This document shows, one piece after another, positions 26,874 to 39,744 of a stretch of 64,000 bases of DNA. The notes under the pieces are model-generated. The model was not told the origin of the DNA. It did not search any database and saw only the letters and a program-made list of their open reading frames with translations. The DNA is taken from contig NC_043024.1 of the NCBI RefSeq assembly GCF_006345805.1, positions 20,150,001 through 20,214,000 on the forward strand. The letters run 5' to 3'. Every line of letters starts with the position of its first letter. Positions within the stretch are counted from its first letter, which is position 1. The translations under genes were made by a program, and so were the position numbers. The DNA is from Octopus sinensis. Taxonomy: Eukaryota.

Positions 26874-26927
26874 GTCTTACAGCTGTTTCTAGAATATTAA
26901 TTAATAATAATATCCTTCATCGGAGAC
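26874..26927 (-). ncRNA. Minimal type-I hammerhead-like motif
   Basis: Minus strand: GTCT-CCGATGA-AGGATATTA...TAATATTCT-a-GAAAC-AGCT-GTA-AGAC; palindromic helix III (ACAGCTGT) and GUA site; core has C in place of U4. Confidence 0.55.
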
Positions 26928-27432
26928 GTTGGGTGTGAGAGGAAAACTGAAGTAATATTTATATAAATAAATAAACATATATATATATATATATATATAT
27001 CAAATATATACACACATATCTATACACGCAACCTACTATATACGAGCATATGTATAATACTTATGTCCACCCGCATATATTTAAATATATATCTATTACT
27101 AAACTACATTTACATAATCATAACCACAACACTGTTATACTCACACGTACACGTATCTACCACCGAATGCCACACATTCTTGAACACAGTAAGCAACCTA
27201 CGTATGAAACTATATATGCAGTAACTTAAGAAGTTAGACACGCATTATGCATACGTGTTTGAATATATACAAGCATATACTTCTAATATATACACAAACA
27301 CACACTTCTAATATATTTATTCCCATTCCCACATGTGCATCAGTTTTTCATAAGAATAAGGGATTGACAATTGAAGGACAATAAACCCAGATAACCTAGA
27401 ATATACTTATAATTAATTACAGTGTCTAAAAT

Positions 27433-27840
27433 AGGCGTAGGAGTGGCTGTGTGGTAAGTAGCTTGCTTATGAACCACATGGTTCCGGATCAGTCCCACTG
27501 TGTGGCAACTTAGGCAAGTGTCTTCTACTATAGCCTCGGGCCGACCAAGGCCTTGTGAGTGGATTTGGTAGACGGAAACTGAAAGAAGCCCGTCGTATAT
27601 ATGTATAAATATATATATATATATGTGTATGTTTGTGTGTTGTGTTTAACCTCCTCCCCCAACATTGCTTGACAACCGATGCTAGTGTGTTTACGTCCCC
27701 GTAACTTAGCGGTTCAGCAAGAGACCGATAGAATAAGTACTAGGCTTACAAAGAATAAGTCCTGTGGTCGATTTCCTCGACTAAAGGCGGTGCTCCAGCA
27801 TGGCCACAGTCAAATGACAGAAACAAGTACATGAGTAAAT
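27433..27840 (+). mobile_element. SINE family A (tRNA-like head, internal microsatellite, LINE-like tail)
   Basis: Runs GGAGTGGCTGTGTGGTAAG to GGCGGTGCTCCAGCATGGCC; many copies in the window. Confidence 0.9.
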
Positions 27841-28183
27841 GAGCAATTATTTTTGAGATGTGTCTGTACATTATATAATAGATACGCTAAAAACTCAGGA
27901 GTACAAAACATATATATTTAGTTTCACTGGTACTCCGTCGATTACGACGACGAGCGTTCCATTTGATCTGATCAACAGAACAGGCATACTCGTAAAATTA
28001 ACTTACAAATGGCCGAGTAATCCACAAACACGGGTGTCATTAGCGTGGTTCTTAAGGAGTTTCGGCGAAATGGAACGGCACAAAGCGACTCATTTGAATT
28101 ACTAGTACAATTTATTTCTACCCGTTGAGAGAAATGGTGCAATGGAAACAAAGCGTGTTGCTCAAGAACTCAGCATGCACGGG

Positions 28184-28227
<44 letters not shown>

Positions 28228-28327
28228 NNNNNNNNNNNNNNNNNNNNNNNNNNNNNNNNNNNNNNNNNNNNNNNNNNNNNNNNNNNNNNNNNNNNNNNNN
28301 NNNNNNNNNNNNNNNNNNNNNNNNNNN
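28228..28327. other. Assembly gap (100 N)
   Basis: Run of N flanked by microsatellites. Confidence 0.99.
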
Positions 28328-28560
28328 TTCTCCTCCCCTCTCCCTCCTCCTCATCATTATCATCATCCTAATGATTTTCATCACAACCACAATCAAATTT
28401 TACAGAAGCATCTGCAGCAACATCATCCACCTCTTCCTCATCATCATCATCACAAATGACTCCATTACTATTATCTTGAAGATGATGATTATTTAGATGA
28501 TGATGATCATCATCTTCATCATCAATGTCATCACCATCACCATCTTCATCATCACCATCC

Positions 28561-28593
<33 letters not shown>

Positions 28594-28604
28594 CCATCAC
28601 CATC

Positions 28605-28636
<32 letters not shown>

Positions 28637-29168
28637 CATCATCTTCATCATCAATGTCATCATCATCATCATTATCCTCATCATCATCATCATCATCTCT
28701 TCTGCATCATCATCATCATCATCATCACCAACAACATCACCACTACCACCACAGCGATCATCATCATTACCATCGTCATTGTTGACATCATCACAAGCTG
28801 AACAATCATCATCATCATCATCATGAGCGACAAACTTACCACCAACATCAATATCTCCATAATCATCGTCATTTATTTACCCTTTCCCTCCTCATCTTCT
28901 CCTCCACTTCCGCCACTTCTCTCCTCTTCCTCCCCTCCTCTTTCTCTCATCCGCCCCTCCTTTCCTCTCCTCCTCTGCTTCTTCTCCCATCCTCCTCTCC
29001 TTTCCTCGTAATCCTCACCTTCTTCTCCCCATCATCATCATCATCATCATTGTCATCATCATCGTCACCAGCAGCAGCTTTGTTGTATGGCGTTATTGAT
29101 TTCTTTTGCAACGTGGTTTTTTTCTTAAATCCAATCTCAATTGAATTATATTTATTTCCTCATTATTT

Positions 29169-29206
<38 letters not shown>

Positions 29207-29260
29207 AATCATCATCATCATCATCATCAACATCATGATCATCATTACCATCATTCTCAT
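28328..29260. repeat. (CAT)n and CT-rich low complexity
   Basis: Visible simple repeats. Confidence 0.9.
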
Positions 29261-29283
29261 TTATTTTTTTTGTATCCATAACC

Positions 29284-29312
<29 letters not shown>

Positions 29313-29315
<3 letters not shown>

Positions 29316-29863
29316 GAGAGAGCAGTGCATGCCATCAAAGTGACACTGGGGTCAAATAAACGACACCCAGTATACCCATCATGAGCACCCGTCCGATAGG
29401 GTACACTAGGCACATGCATCACAACTATATATGCGCGACATGGTGATCTCATATCAAGATAAACAGCACATGACCTATCAGGTGGGGCCCAGTTAGTATT
29501 TTCTTCAGGTCGATTAGCCCATCCCATTCAAAAGGTCTCTGGATGAGTGTTGTTTAAGAATGATGAACAAAACACCAATGTTTCCAGAGGTGAATTATCC
29601 AAATCCCAAAGAATCCCTCTCAACACATGGCTATGATGCTCCCCCATTACTTCTGCTCATGATCAGAGATGCACATATCATCAGCCACTAAGGGACATGC
29701 TCATCTGGTTAAGGTCAAACAACTGATAAGCAAATCTGTGGTATTGAGCAGAATATTTGCTGTAGCCCATCTTTTATACCAAGACAAAAAAATGTACATG
29801 ATAACACTTCCAATCAGTTATGGTCAGAACCACGAGAGCCACTGCCTGGTACTGCATCAGGGC

Positions 29864-29866
<3 letters not shown>
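29313..29866. mobile_element. Unclassified ~550-bp element bounded by (ATT)n on both sides
   Basis: Complex non-coding block with sharp edges against (ATT)n. Confidence 0.5.
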
Positions 29867-29923
<57 letters not shown>

Positions 29924-29968
29924 ATTATTATTATTATTATTATTATTACTATTATTATTATTATTATT

Positions 29969-30175
29969 AAGGCGGCGAGCTGGCAGAAACGTTAGCACGC
30001 CGGGCGAAATGCTGAGCGGTATTTCGTCTGCAGCTACGTTCTTAGTTCAAATTCCGCCGAGTTCGACTTTGCCTTTCATCCTTTCGGGGTCGATTAAATA
30101 AGTACCAATTGCGCACTGGGGTCGATATGATCGACTTAATCCGTTTGTCTGTCCTTGTTTGTTCCCGCTGTGCGG
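29969..30175 (+). mobile_element. SINE family D (Deu/Nin-like central domain)
   Basis: GACTTTGCCTTTCATCCTTTCGGGGTCGATTAAATAAGTACC; further copies at 35455 and 37528. Confidence 0.8.
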
Positions 30176-30248
30176 CAGTCAGTAGGGGCATATATCTTCA
30201 CTGGTTAAGATCAATTAATAGGAAAGGGTACACATTAAAAATATAAAA

Positions 30249-31941
30249 GTGGGAAAAAATTAAATAGTCATAGACCATTTTTAAGTTCAACATCACAATC
30301 AAGGAACGGCCATAATAGGCCATTCACCCACTAGAAATAACAGCCAAAGCTTCAACCGCAAATAAACATCAATTCCGTAAACCAGGAGAAAATTAAAAAA
30401 CATTTACCCTGCAAGTTCTTATACGATGCACCGTTTCATCTACTGTTTAATGGTAAACTAACCTGATTAAATTAAATCAAGCCAATCTTCCATAGGCCCT
30501 TAGAATCATCAGTAAGAAATAGCCAAGTCGGAACAGATATTTTCACGAGGCATTTCGACCCTGCCTCGGCAATATCTGACCTAAAATTTTCAAATCATCG
30601 CACTCGCGCCAAATTTATCGGCAGCAAATAAATATAAGCCGCCGATTCCATTACGGAACTAACCAGAAAATTCATTAATTAATCAATATAGGGTGGCAAA
30701 AAATTTTGTAGAATTTTTTTGCCACCAGCGGCCTAGTGCGAAAAAATTAAATAGTCATAGACCATTTTTAAGTTCAACATCACAATCAAGGAACGGCCAT
30801 AATAGGCTTGAACTTTGGTGGTATTTCTAGTGGGTGAATGGCCTATTATGGCCGTTCCTGATTGTGATGTTGAACTTAAAAATGGTCTATGACTATTAAT
30901 TTTTTCGCACTAGGGCCGCTGTGGCAAAAAAATTCTACAAAATTTTTTGCCACCCTATATTGATTAATTATGAATTTTCTGGTTAGTCCGTAATGGAATC
31001 GGCGGCTTATATTTATTTGCTGCCGATAAATTTGGCGCGAGTGCGATGATTTGAAAATTTTAGGTCAGATATTGCCGAGGCAGGGTCGGAAATGCCTCGT
31101 GAAAATATCTGTTCCGACTTGGCTATTTCTTACTGATGATTCTAAGGGCCTATGGAAGATTGGCTTGATTTAATTTAATCAGGTTAGTTTACCATTAAAC
31201 AGTAGATGAAACGGTGCATCGTATAAGAAATTGCAGGGTAAATGTTTTTTAATTTTCTCCTGTTTACGGAATTGATGTTTTATTTGCGGTTGAAGCTTTG
31301 GCTGTTATTTCTAGTGGGTGAATGGCCTATTATGGCCGTTCCTTGATTGTGATGTTGAACTTAAAAATGGTCTATGACTATTTAATTTTTTCGCACTAGG
31401 CCGCTGGTGGCAAAAAATTCTACAAAATTTTTTGCCACCCTATATTGATTAATTATGAATTTTCTGGTTAGTTCCGTAATGGAATCGGCGGCCTATATTA
31501 TTTTGCTGCCGATAAATTTGGCGCGAGTGCGATGATTTGAAAATTTTAGGTCAGATATTGCCGAGGCAGGGTCGGAAATGCTCGTGAAAATATCTGTTCC
31601 GACTTGGCTATTTCTTACTGATGATTCTAAGGGCCTATGGAAGATTGGCTTGATTTAATTTAATCAGGTTAGTTTACCATTAAAAACAGTAGATGAAACG
31701 ATGCATCGTATAAGAAATGCAGGGTAAATGTTTTTTAATTTCTCCCTGGTTTACGGAATTGATTTTATTTGCGGTTGAAGCTTGGCTGTTATTTCTAGTG
31801 GTGAATGGCCTATTATGGCCGTTCCTTGATTGTGATGTTGAACTTAAAAATGGTCTATGAACTATTTAATTTTTTCCCACTAGGCCGCTTGTGGCAAAAA
31901 AATTCTGCAAAATTTTTTGCCACCCTATATTGATTAATTAT
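30249..31941. repeat. ~490-bp tandem repeat with orientation switch at ~30807
   Basis: About 1.15 units forward, then about 2.3 units reverse-complemented; each unit has the hairpin GGTGGCAAAAAATT/AATTTTTTGCCACC. Confidence 0.9.
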
Positions 31942-32279
31942 CTATACATATATATATATATCTATATATAATAATATATCTATATATATATATATATATA
32001 TATCTGTCTATTAAAATATATATATATATATACTATTATATATATATATATAATATATATATATTATATAATATATATAATACATAGATAGATAGAGAAA
32101 GAAACAAATAGAGAGAGAAAGGAAGGAGAGGGAGGGAATCGCCAAGGATGATACTATAGACTTTTGATGTATAGCGTTCTATTTCTGTAATAAAATGCAT
32201 ATATTCATAAAAGTAAGGATTGAAGACGTACTTCAATTTAAAGGAAGTACATGTACACACACACACACACACATGTATA

Positions 32280-32510
32280 TATTCGACGAGCTTCTTTCAG
32301 TATCCGTCAACCGTTCGACGAGCTTCTTTCAGTATCCGTATATATTCGACGAGCTTCTTTCAGTATCCGTCAACCGTTCCACTCACAAATATTTGGTCGG
32401 CTCGAAGTCACAGTAGAAGACACTTACCCAAAGTGATACGCAATGGGATTGAACCCGGAACCATGCGATAGGGAAGCAAGATTCTTACAACACTGCCACG
32501 CCTGCACCTG
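32280..32510 (-). mobile_element. SINE family A 5' half with a local triplication
   Basis: TTCGACGAGCTTCTTTCAGTATCCGT occurs three times, followed by a reverse family A head. Confidence 0.75.
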
Positions 32511-32552
32511 TATATTTATATTTATATATAGAGATAGGTAGATAGATAGGTA

Positions 32553-32803
32553 GATAAGTATCTTTATTGGCCACAGAGGGCTGAATACAGAGGGGACAAA
32601 TACAAATGTAGAGCTTTTCTTTTCGAAGATGGAAAAAGAAAAAAGGAAATAAATGTAAAATTCCGATTAAAAGGGATCGGGGAAAAAGGATCGTGTATCA
32701 CAGAAACAAATTTTTAAAAACTTTAAGAAAACAAGATTGGGTTCATCCGTGGGAAGAAAAGCCTACAGAAAAGACCACGGTAACCTCAGCCAGGGAGGAA
32801 AAC
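32553..32803 (-). mobile_element. Tx1-like LINE 3' end within (GATA)n
   Basis: Reverse homolog of 58305-58585 (GAGGTTACCGTGG...GGCTTTTCTTCCCACGGAT...CAGCCC...AATAAAGA). Confidence 0.65.
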
Positions 32804-32812
32804 ATAGATAGG

Positions 32813-32867
<55 letters not shown>

Positions 32868-32914
32868 TTATAGATAGATAGATAGATAGATTGATAGATA
32901 GATAGATAGATAGT

Positions 32915-32951
<37 letters not shown>

Positions 32952-32960
32952 TGATAGATT

Positions 32961-32995
<35 letters not shown>

Positions 32996-32996
32996 G

Positions 32997-33033
<37 letters not shown>
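32804..33033. repeat. (GATA)n microsatellite
   Basis: Visible tetranucleotide run. Confidence 0.95.
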
Positions 33034-33034
<1 letters not shown>

Positions 33035-33341
33035 AATGCATATATGCAAATACATGCACACACTTGTACACACAGATGTTTATACATCCGCAGGTCATGG
33101 ACTCTGCTGCCGGACAAAGCAGATAATTCGTTTATAGTGATCAAATATCCTTGCTTTATATTAGTTCACTATCTCTATCGAATAGTCATTGTCAGACAAG
33201 GTGCACGGTGTTTTCCAAGTTACCTGTCGAAGTGATCACAGTGCAAAATGAGACCAATTGTTTCAATCAAGGACACAATGCAAACCGCCGGATTCGGGAT
33301 TTGAAACCACAATCTCTTGACCTTGACTACAAAACTCTCCC

Positions 33342-33779
33342 GGATTTTTTCGGTTTGAACGGCAGTTTTTTCTAGCGGTGTCATATGAAATTTTCACCCA
33401 TAATTATGCCCCTAGTATCGATCTATTGCATTTCAATCTATTTTAGGATTAGGGTTAGTTAGGGTTAGGGCTAGGATTAGGGTTAAGGATGGGGGGAAGG
33501 GTATCTTTTTTCTTCAGAAATGTAAATAAACCCAATCTGTTTCTTAAATGAGGGACATATTCATACGGCACAGAATGTTTTCACCTCAATAGACGTCATT
33601 GATTCTTGCAAAAATTGAAGAAAAAAAACAACAAATATCTTACAATCCATAGAATTTTCTCAATAAAGCCAAGAGAACAAAGATGTTTTATAAACACATT
33701 TTACCAGTAAACGAAGTTTAAAAGTGTTTAGTTACGTGGAAATTATTTTAAAAAACTGCCGTTCAAACCGAAAAGATTC
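33342..33779. mobile_element. MITE with ~30-bp TIRs, 8-bp TSD and internal TTAGGG repeats
   Basis: TIR GGATTTTTTCGGTTTGAACGGCAGTTTTTT pairs with AAAAAACTGCCGTTCAAACCGAAAAGATTC; ACTCTCCC at 33334-33341 and 33780-33787. Confidence 0.88.
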
Positions 33780-34231
33780 ACTCTCCCCATATTATTGTCA
33801 TATATAACAGACAAGCACTCAACATTAGTCGAGTTTATTTTCATATAATACTAGTTGGATACGCGTCACGTTGGTGACATAAAAGGCAGAATTAAATATT
33901 TAAATTGTTTTTGCATTTAAAAAGCTATCTTTGATATAAAATATATTTCGTTTAAATATAAAGAGTCTTTGAAAGGGTTAGAAAGTTATTAAAATTTAAC
34001 ACTATTTTCATTTTCAGAAAAATAGATAATTATATTAGATTATGAATACTTTGAATTGTTATAAATATGTTTAATAGTACAATATAAATATATAACACAG
34101 TTCAATATAATACATATATATATTAATAAATATATAATATGATATATTCATATGCTATAAATATTTTAGGAAATTGCAGGAATTTAGGTTGTCTTTCTCG
34201 GTGCAGTTTGTATAAACTATCTTTTAATGCC

Positions 34232-34695
34232 TTGAGTGGCTGTGTGGTAAGTAGCTTTAGGCGCAGGATTGGCTGTGTGTTATGTAGCTTGCTTATCAAT
34301 CATATGGTTCCAGGTTCAGTCCCACTGCGTGGCACCTCGCACAAGTGTCTTCTGCTATAGCCTCGGGCTGACCAAGCCTTGTGAGTGGATTTGGTAGACG
34401 GAAACTGAAAGAAGCCCGTCGTATTTGCTATTTTGCATATTAAATAATCATTGTTATATGTTTGACTTTATATTTAAACTTTCTATTATATGTAATTTCT
34501 CTAAATGGTATAATTTAATTTTTCATTATTGAATTGATAAAAGGTGGTCTTTTTTTCCTAACTTTTATATATATATTATATTATATTTTGTGAAATTTGA
34601 TTTAGTATATCTAAATTGAATTTTTTCTGTAAGTTTGGTATAATATTCCCATATATTATTATCACGTATAAATAAATATATATATATATATATAT

Positions 34696-34752
<57 letters not shown>

Positions 34753-34980
34753 TATAATGTGTGTGTGTGTGTGTCTGTATTTGTGTGTTTGTGTTTGTCC
34801 CCCCAACATTGCTCGACAACCGATGCTGGTGTGTTTACGTCCCCGTAACTTAGCGGTTCGGCATAAGAGACCGATGGAATAAGTACTAGGCTTACAAAGA
34901 AGTCATGGGGTCGATTTGCTCCACTAAAGGCGGTGCTCCAGCATTGCCGCAGTCAAACGACTGAAATGAGTAAAAGATTA
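34232..34980 (+). mobile_element. SINE family A with duplicated head and AT-rich insertion
   Basis: Family A halves separated by 34425-34680, which is homologous in reverse to 56020-56290. Confidence 0.8.
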
Positions 34981-35454
34981 GGAGATTTAAAGATATATGA
35001 AGGCGGGAAGCGGCATAATCGTTAGGATGTCGGATAAAACACTTAGTAGCATTTTATCTGGTTTGATGTTCTTCTGAGTTCAAATCCCACAGAGGTCGTC
35101 TTGGCATTTTATCCTGTTGGGGTCGATATAATTTGTAACTCTTCAGCACTGACTGATATCAATGTGATTAATTATCTCCCTTTCTTACAAAATTAGGAAA
35201 CTTGTGCTCACTTTTTTCTCTTTTACTTGCTTCAGTCATTTGACTGTGGCCATGCTGGAGGACCGCGTTTCGGTATACTGGAAGATAATGCATTATCATT
35301 AACACCGTGGACGGTGTATAGAGTATCATTTGATTGGCAATTTCTGTTGGCTAAGTTTCATAAAAGCATTACTGGACCTTCTGTCTTGATTGTCGATGAC
35401 GTGAGGAAGCAGGCGCCAGATTATGTTTATTTAAAGAATTCATTTTGTGTTTGT

Positions 35455-35682
35455 TTCTGCTGGCAGAATCGTTATCACGCCGGGCGAAATGCTTTGCGGT
35501 ATTTCGTCTGCCGCTACGTTCTGAGTTCAAATTCCGCCGAGGTCGACTTTGCCTTTCATCCTTCCGAGGTCGATTAAATAAGTACCAGTAGCGCACAGGG
35601 GTCGATGTAATCGACTTAATCCCTTTGTCTGTCCTTGTTTGTCCTCTCTGTGTTTAGCCCCTTGTGGGTAGTAAAGAAATAG
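35455..35682 (+). mobile_element. SINE family D
   Basis: Matches the copy at 29969. Confidence 0.85.
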
Positions 35683-36034
35683 TTATTTAGAGCCAAAATA
35701 AAGTCTCACTGATCTTGGGAACGTTGGTCTTCTGCTTAGTTTCCATAGTGTTTCCAGCCAAAATGCATTGCTGCTGCTCTTTAGAAAATTGTTCTGTTGT
35801 TTGTCTACGTTGTGATGGAGTGTGACTTAGTATTTTTTGTTGTTGTTAAGCAACAAGGCGAGTAAGGGTGATTAGGTGATGGTCCAGGGCTTAGTGGCGG
35901 GAAACCCCAGACATTGGAAAAAATAATTTGTTCGTCATGTTGTAGTCGAGGGCGCTTCGTTGACGCGCGACACCACTGAGAGGTGGCCCTCGAAGTCGCT
36001 GGAAATGGAGATCTCCAGGTCCAAATTCTTGAAC

Positions 36035-36350
36035 GGCGGCTCAGTGTTTAGAGTATTTAGGTCAAGATCGTAAGGTCGTGAGTTCGATTTCTGTCGACGC
36101 ATTGTGTCCTTGAGCAAGACACTTTATTTCACGTTGCTCCCGTCTACTCAGCTGGTAAAAATGAGTAGTACCTGTCTTACAAAGGGTCTGGTTTTTCACT
36201 TTCTATGTCGCGTAGAATATCCCTCAGAACCACTTTAAAGAGTATGTGTGTCTGTGGAGTACTCAGCCACTTGCACGTTAATTTCATGACCAGGCTGTTC
36301 TGTTGATCGGATCAACTGAAACCCTATTCGTTGCAACCGATGGAATGCTT
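36035..36350 (+). mobile_element. SINE family C
   Basis: B-box-like GAGTTCGATT; body shared with 40724; tail shared with 37129. Confidence 0.75.
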
Positions 36351-37128
36351 ATCCACATGGAGTGACAAATATTGCTTCTGTTTCTATGCTATTTCCCCAA
36401 GACAGAGTTAGCGTTACTTATTCATATTTTCGCATTCGTTGACTAATATATATTTCAACGAATTAATTCAGTTTTCGGAACAGAAATATCATGATGTCTA
36501 AGAAAACACTACTCCTTGCCTCTTCTGGGCGAATACGACGCTGATACGCAAATTTAAGCAAGTTTTTTCCCAAATAGTAATTTTAAAATCGGCGATTTGA
36601 AATAATATTTTTCTAGAAATATTTAATTAAAAAAAACTGAATATTAATTATGATATAATTTTAACATTTCAGATATTTTTTAACTATAATTATTAAATAT
36701 TATCCGCGTAACAAAATATTTTCTGTTTTTCTTTTGTATTTTTCATCTTTTATTAGTTTCTGTCATTGGACTGCGGCCATGATACAGTATCCCCTTAAAG
36801 TGTTTAGCCGAATAAATCGGTCCCATTACTTATTTTAAGTCTGGTAATCCTTCTATCGGGATCTTTCGCTAAATCGCTAAGTTACAGGGATGTAAGCTAA
36901 CCACTGCGAGTAGCCAAGCTTGGACCCACAGATAAATAAACGAAAATAAACACATATATACATATGTGCATACATACGACATATTTCCACGCAATCTTCA
37001 TCTAAAAAAATTCACACACAAAGGTTGGTCAGAAGGTTCTTGACTGAAGTGGAGCGCAGTGGGACTGAACCGAAGCTTTGCAATTGCAAAGCATGCTTCA
37101 TTGCAGGAGTAATATACATGACAAAAAA

Positions 37129-37513
37129 GTGGAGGCGCAATGGCCCAGTGGTTAGGGCAGCGGACTCGCGGTCATAGGATCGCGGTTTCGATTCCCAGAC
37201 CGGGCGTTGTGAGTGTTTATTGAGCGAAAACACCTAAAAGCTCCACGAGGCTCCGGCAGAGGATGGTCGTGATCCCTGCTGTACTCTTTCACCACAACTT
37301 TCTCTCACTCTTACGTCCTGTTTCTGTTGTACCTGTATTTCAAAAGGCCGGCCTTGTCACTCTCTGTGTCACGCTGAATATCCCCGAGAACTACGTTAAG
37401 GGTACATGTGTCTGTAGAGTGCTCAGCCACTTGCACGTTAATCTCACGAGCAGGCTGTTCCGTTGATTCGGATCAACCGGAACCCTCATCGTCGTAACCG
37501 ACGGAGTGCTTCC
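37129..37513 (+). mobile_element. tRNA-derived SINE (B-type head, C-type 3' half) with 13-bp TSD
   Basis: ACATGACAAAAAA at 37116-37128 and 37514-37526. Confidence 0.88.
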
Positions 37514-37527
37514 ACATGACAAAAAAT

Positions 37528-37945
37528 AAGGTGGCGAGCTGGCAGAAACGTTAGCACGCCGGGCGAAATGCTTAGAGGTATTTCGTCTGCGGCTACGTTC
37601 TGAGTTCAAATTCCGCCGAGGTTGACTTTGCCTTTCATCCTTTCGTGGTCGATTAAATAAGTACCAGTCACACATTGAAGTCGATCTAATCGACTTAATT
37701 TCTTTGTCCGCCCTTGTTTGTCCTCTCTGTGTTTAGCCCCTTGTGGGTAGTAAAAAAATAGGTATTTCGTCTGCCGCTACGTTCTGAGATCAAATTCCTC
37801 CGAGGTCGATTCTGCCTTTCATCCTTTCGGGGTCGATTAAATAAATACCAGTTACGCACTGGGCCGATCTAATCGACTTAATCCGCTTGTTTGTCTTGTT
37901 TGTCTTCTCTGTGTTTAGCCCCTTGTGGGTAGTAAAGAAACAGAT
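37528..37945 (+). mobile_element. SINE family D head-to-tail dimer
   Basis: Full copy followed by a 5'-truncated copy starting GGTATTTCGTCTG at ~37761. Confidence 0.85.
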
Positions 37946-38309
37946 ATACATAACAAAAAATTTGGAAGAATAATTATTTGGAAGAATAACACATTCTTCA
38001 AGAATTCTACTGCAAAATGCAATAGACTGGAATACAAAACTGTAACGCAACTCAAACGTTGCTGTTGCATGTTTGTTCTCTCGCGACATAAATACAGTTA
38101 TTTCTTAAAATATTTATTCTTTCATAAATAGTAAATTAGTATTAAAAAATAAAATTCTTCTACAAATATTTAATTTAACAAACTGAATATTTTCTTTCCA
38201 TATCATTCTAAAATATGTAATATTTAACCATAGCAAACAATTATTATACCGAAAATAAATTGATATGAAAAAAATTATTTTCATATTACTTTATTTAATG
38301 GTATATATA

Positions 38310-38372
<63 letters not shown>

Positions 38373-39112
38373 CAACAATTATATATTTCAACAATTTATG
38401 AGTCAGTATGTGGCAAAGTAATTTATTTTATTTACTAAGCCCTTATAAAATTAATTAATAATATATATATATAGATATATATATAAATACAATACAAACA
38501 CATGTATATGTGTGTATATTATGTCGAATATCTGTACTAAGTTAGATGGCTGCAATATATAAATAGACGTTTCTGTATTCATCATATCGGTTGTATTTTT
38601 CGGGTTGATGTAAAGTAAATTGGCTGCAATATCTAGCACATCATACAAATATATGAAAATCCTTGGGAACAGGCATGTGCACGCTCGTAATATTTGCCAG
38701 CGAGAGACGATAAATGTCAAAGAGAATATTTTATATCAATTTTCTCCAGAATATTAAGGTGACATTTCAGGGAAATATCGTTGCCCAAAATTCGTTATAC
38801 GTACACAAGATGGTAGATGATAAATTTCAATCAATTAGTTTCCTTCAGGATGAAGAATGATTCCGTATTTTTTTTGCTTCATAGTTGTTGCATCTTGACA
38901 TACATTTAAGTGGAAAATAAAACATGAAGTTGAAGAGTAGATATTGCCAGGATATTCTGGTGATATTCTTTATTTACAGCCATTTGTGAATATTCAGTTG
39001 TATTGTATTATGATGAGAATGATAATTGATTCAAACATAAACCTATCATTTTTCATATTGTAATTATTACTACACGAAGAAGGTTACAAAACGTCTGTAA
39101 TAATAGAGAAGT

Positions 39113-39408
39113 TTCCTCCACGAGCCATGCCTGGCTCATAAGGGCCGGCTTCCCGGTTTCCTTGTCATATAGGTTCCCCACCTGGACGGACGCCGGTCAG
39201 TCGCAGATGAGCCGCAAGATGCAGGAGGAAAGAGTGAGAGAAAATTGTGGCGAAAGAGTCAGCAGAAGTCCGCCATTACCTTCTGCCGGAGCCGCGTGGA
39301 GCTTAGGTGTTTCGCTCATAAACACACACATCGCCCGGTCTTAGATTCGAACCCGCGATCCCTCGAACGCGAGTCCGCTGCTCTAACCACTAGGCCATGT
39401 GCCTCCAC
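39113..39408 (-). mobile_element. SINE family B with 13-bp TSD
   Basis: ATAATAGAGAAGT at 39100-39112 and 39409-39421. Confidence 0.92.
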
Positions 39409-39744
39409 ATAATAGAGAAGTCTTATATTACCGTTTGAATTTTCAGGTTGCATTTCGGTACTGCGTAGACTGGTAACCAATTCCAAATAAGGATCTTTCT
39501 GTGATAGCTGCATGATTTCTAAATCCTTATATCATATCGTATTACTAATTTAAATGGAAAATATGTTCACATGTTACAAACTGCAAATCGGACTGCTTTA
39601 GTATTTGAATTGTTTTGCAAAAGAGATCATCCACTTCAAAAGTAAGTGATTTCAAGTTTTAGAAGGAACTACATTAAATAAATGGAAATACGTTGACAGG
39701 AGAAATAATTCTAATGACTGAAGGCTTTATGTAAACCTGTTACT

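Noticed and set aside
33443-33487. Telomere or chromosome-fusion relic
   Set aside because: Short, degenerate and internal to a MITE.
38750-38812. Short exon candidate (NIKVTFQGNIVAQNSLYVHKM)
   Set aside because: Weak donor site, no recognisable protein and no partner exons.
39448-39647. Exon candidate bounded by tttcag and gtaagt
   Set aside because: Stops occur in all three frames after the acceptor.
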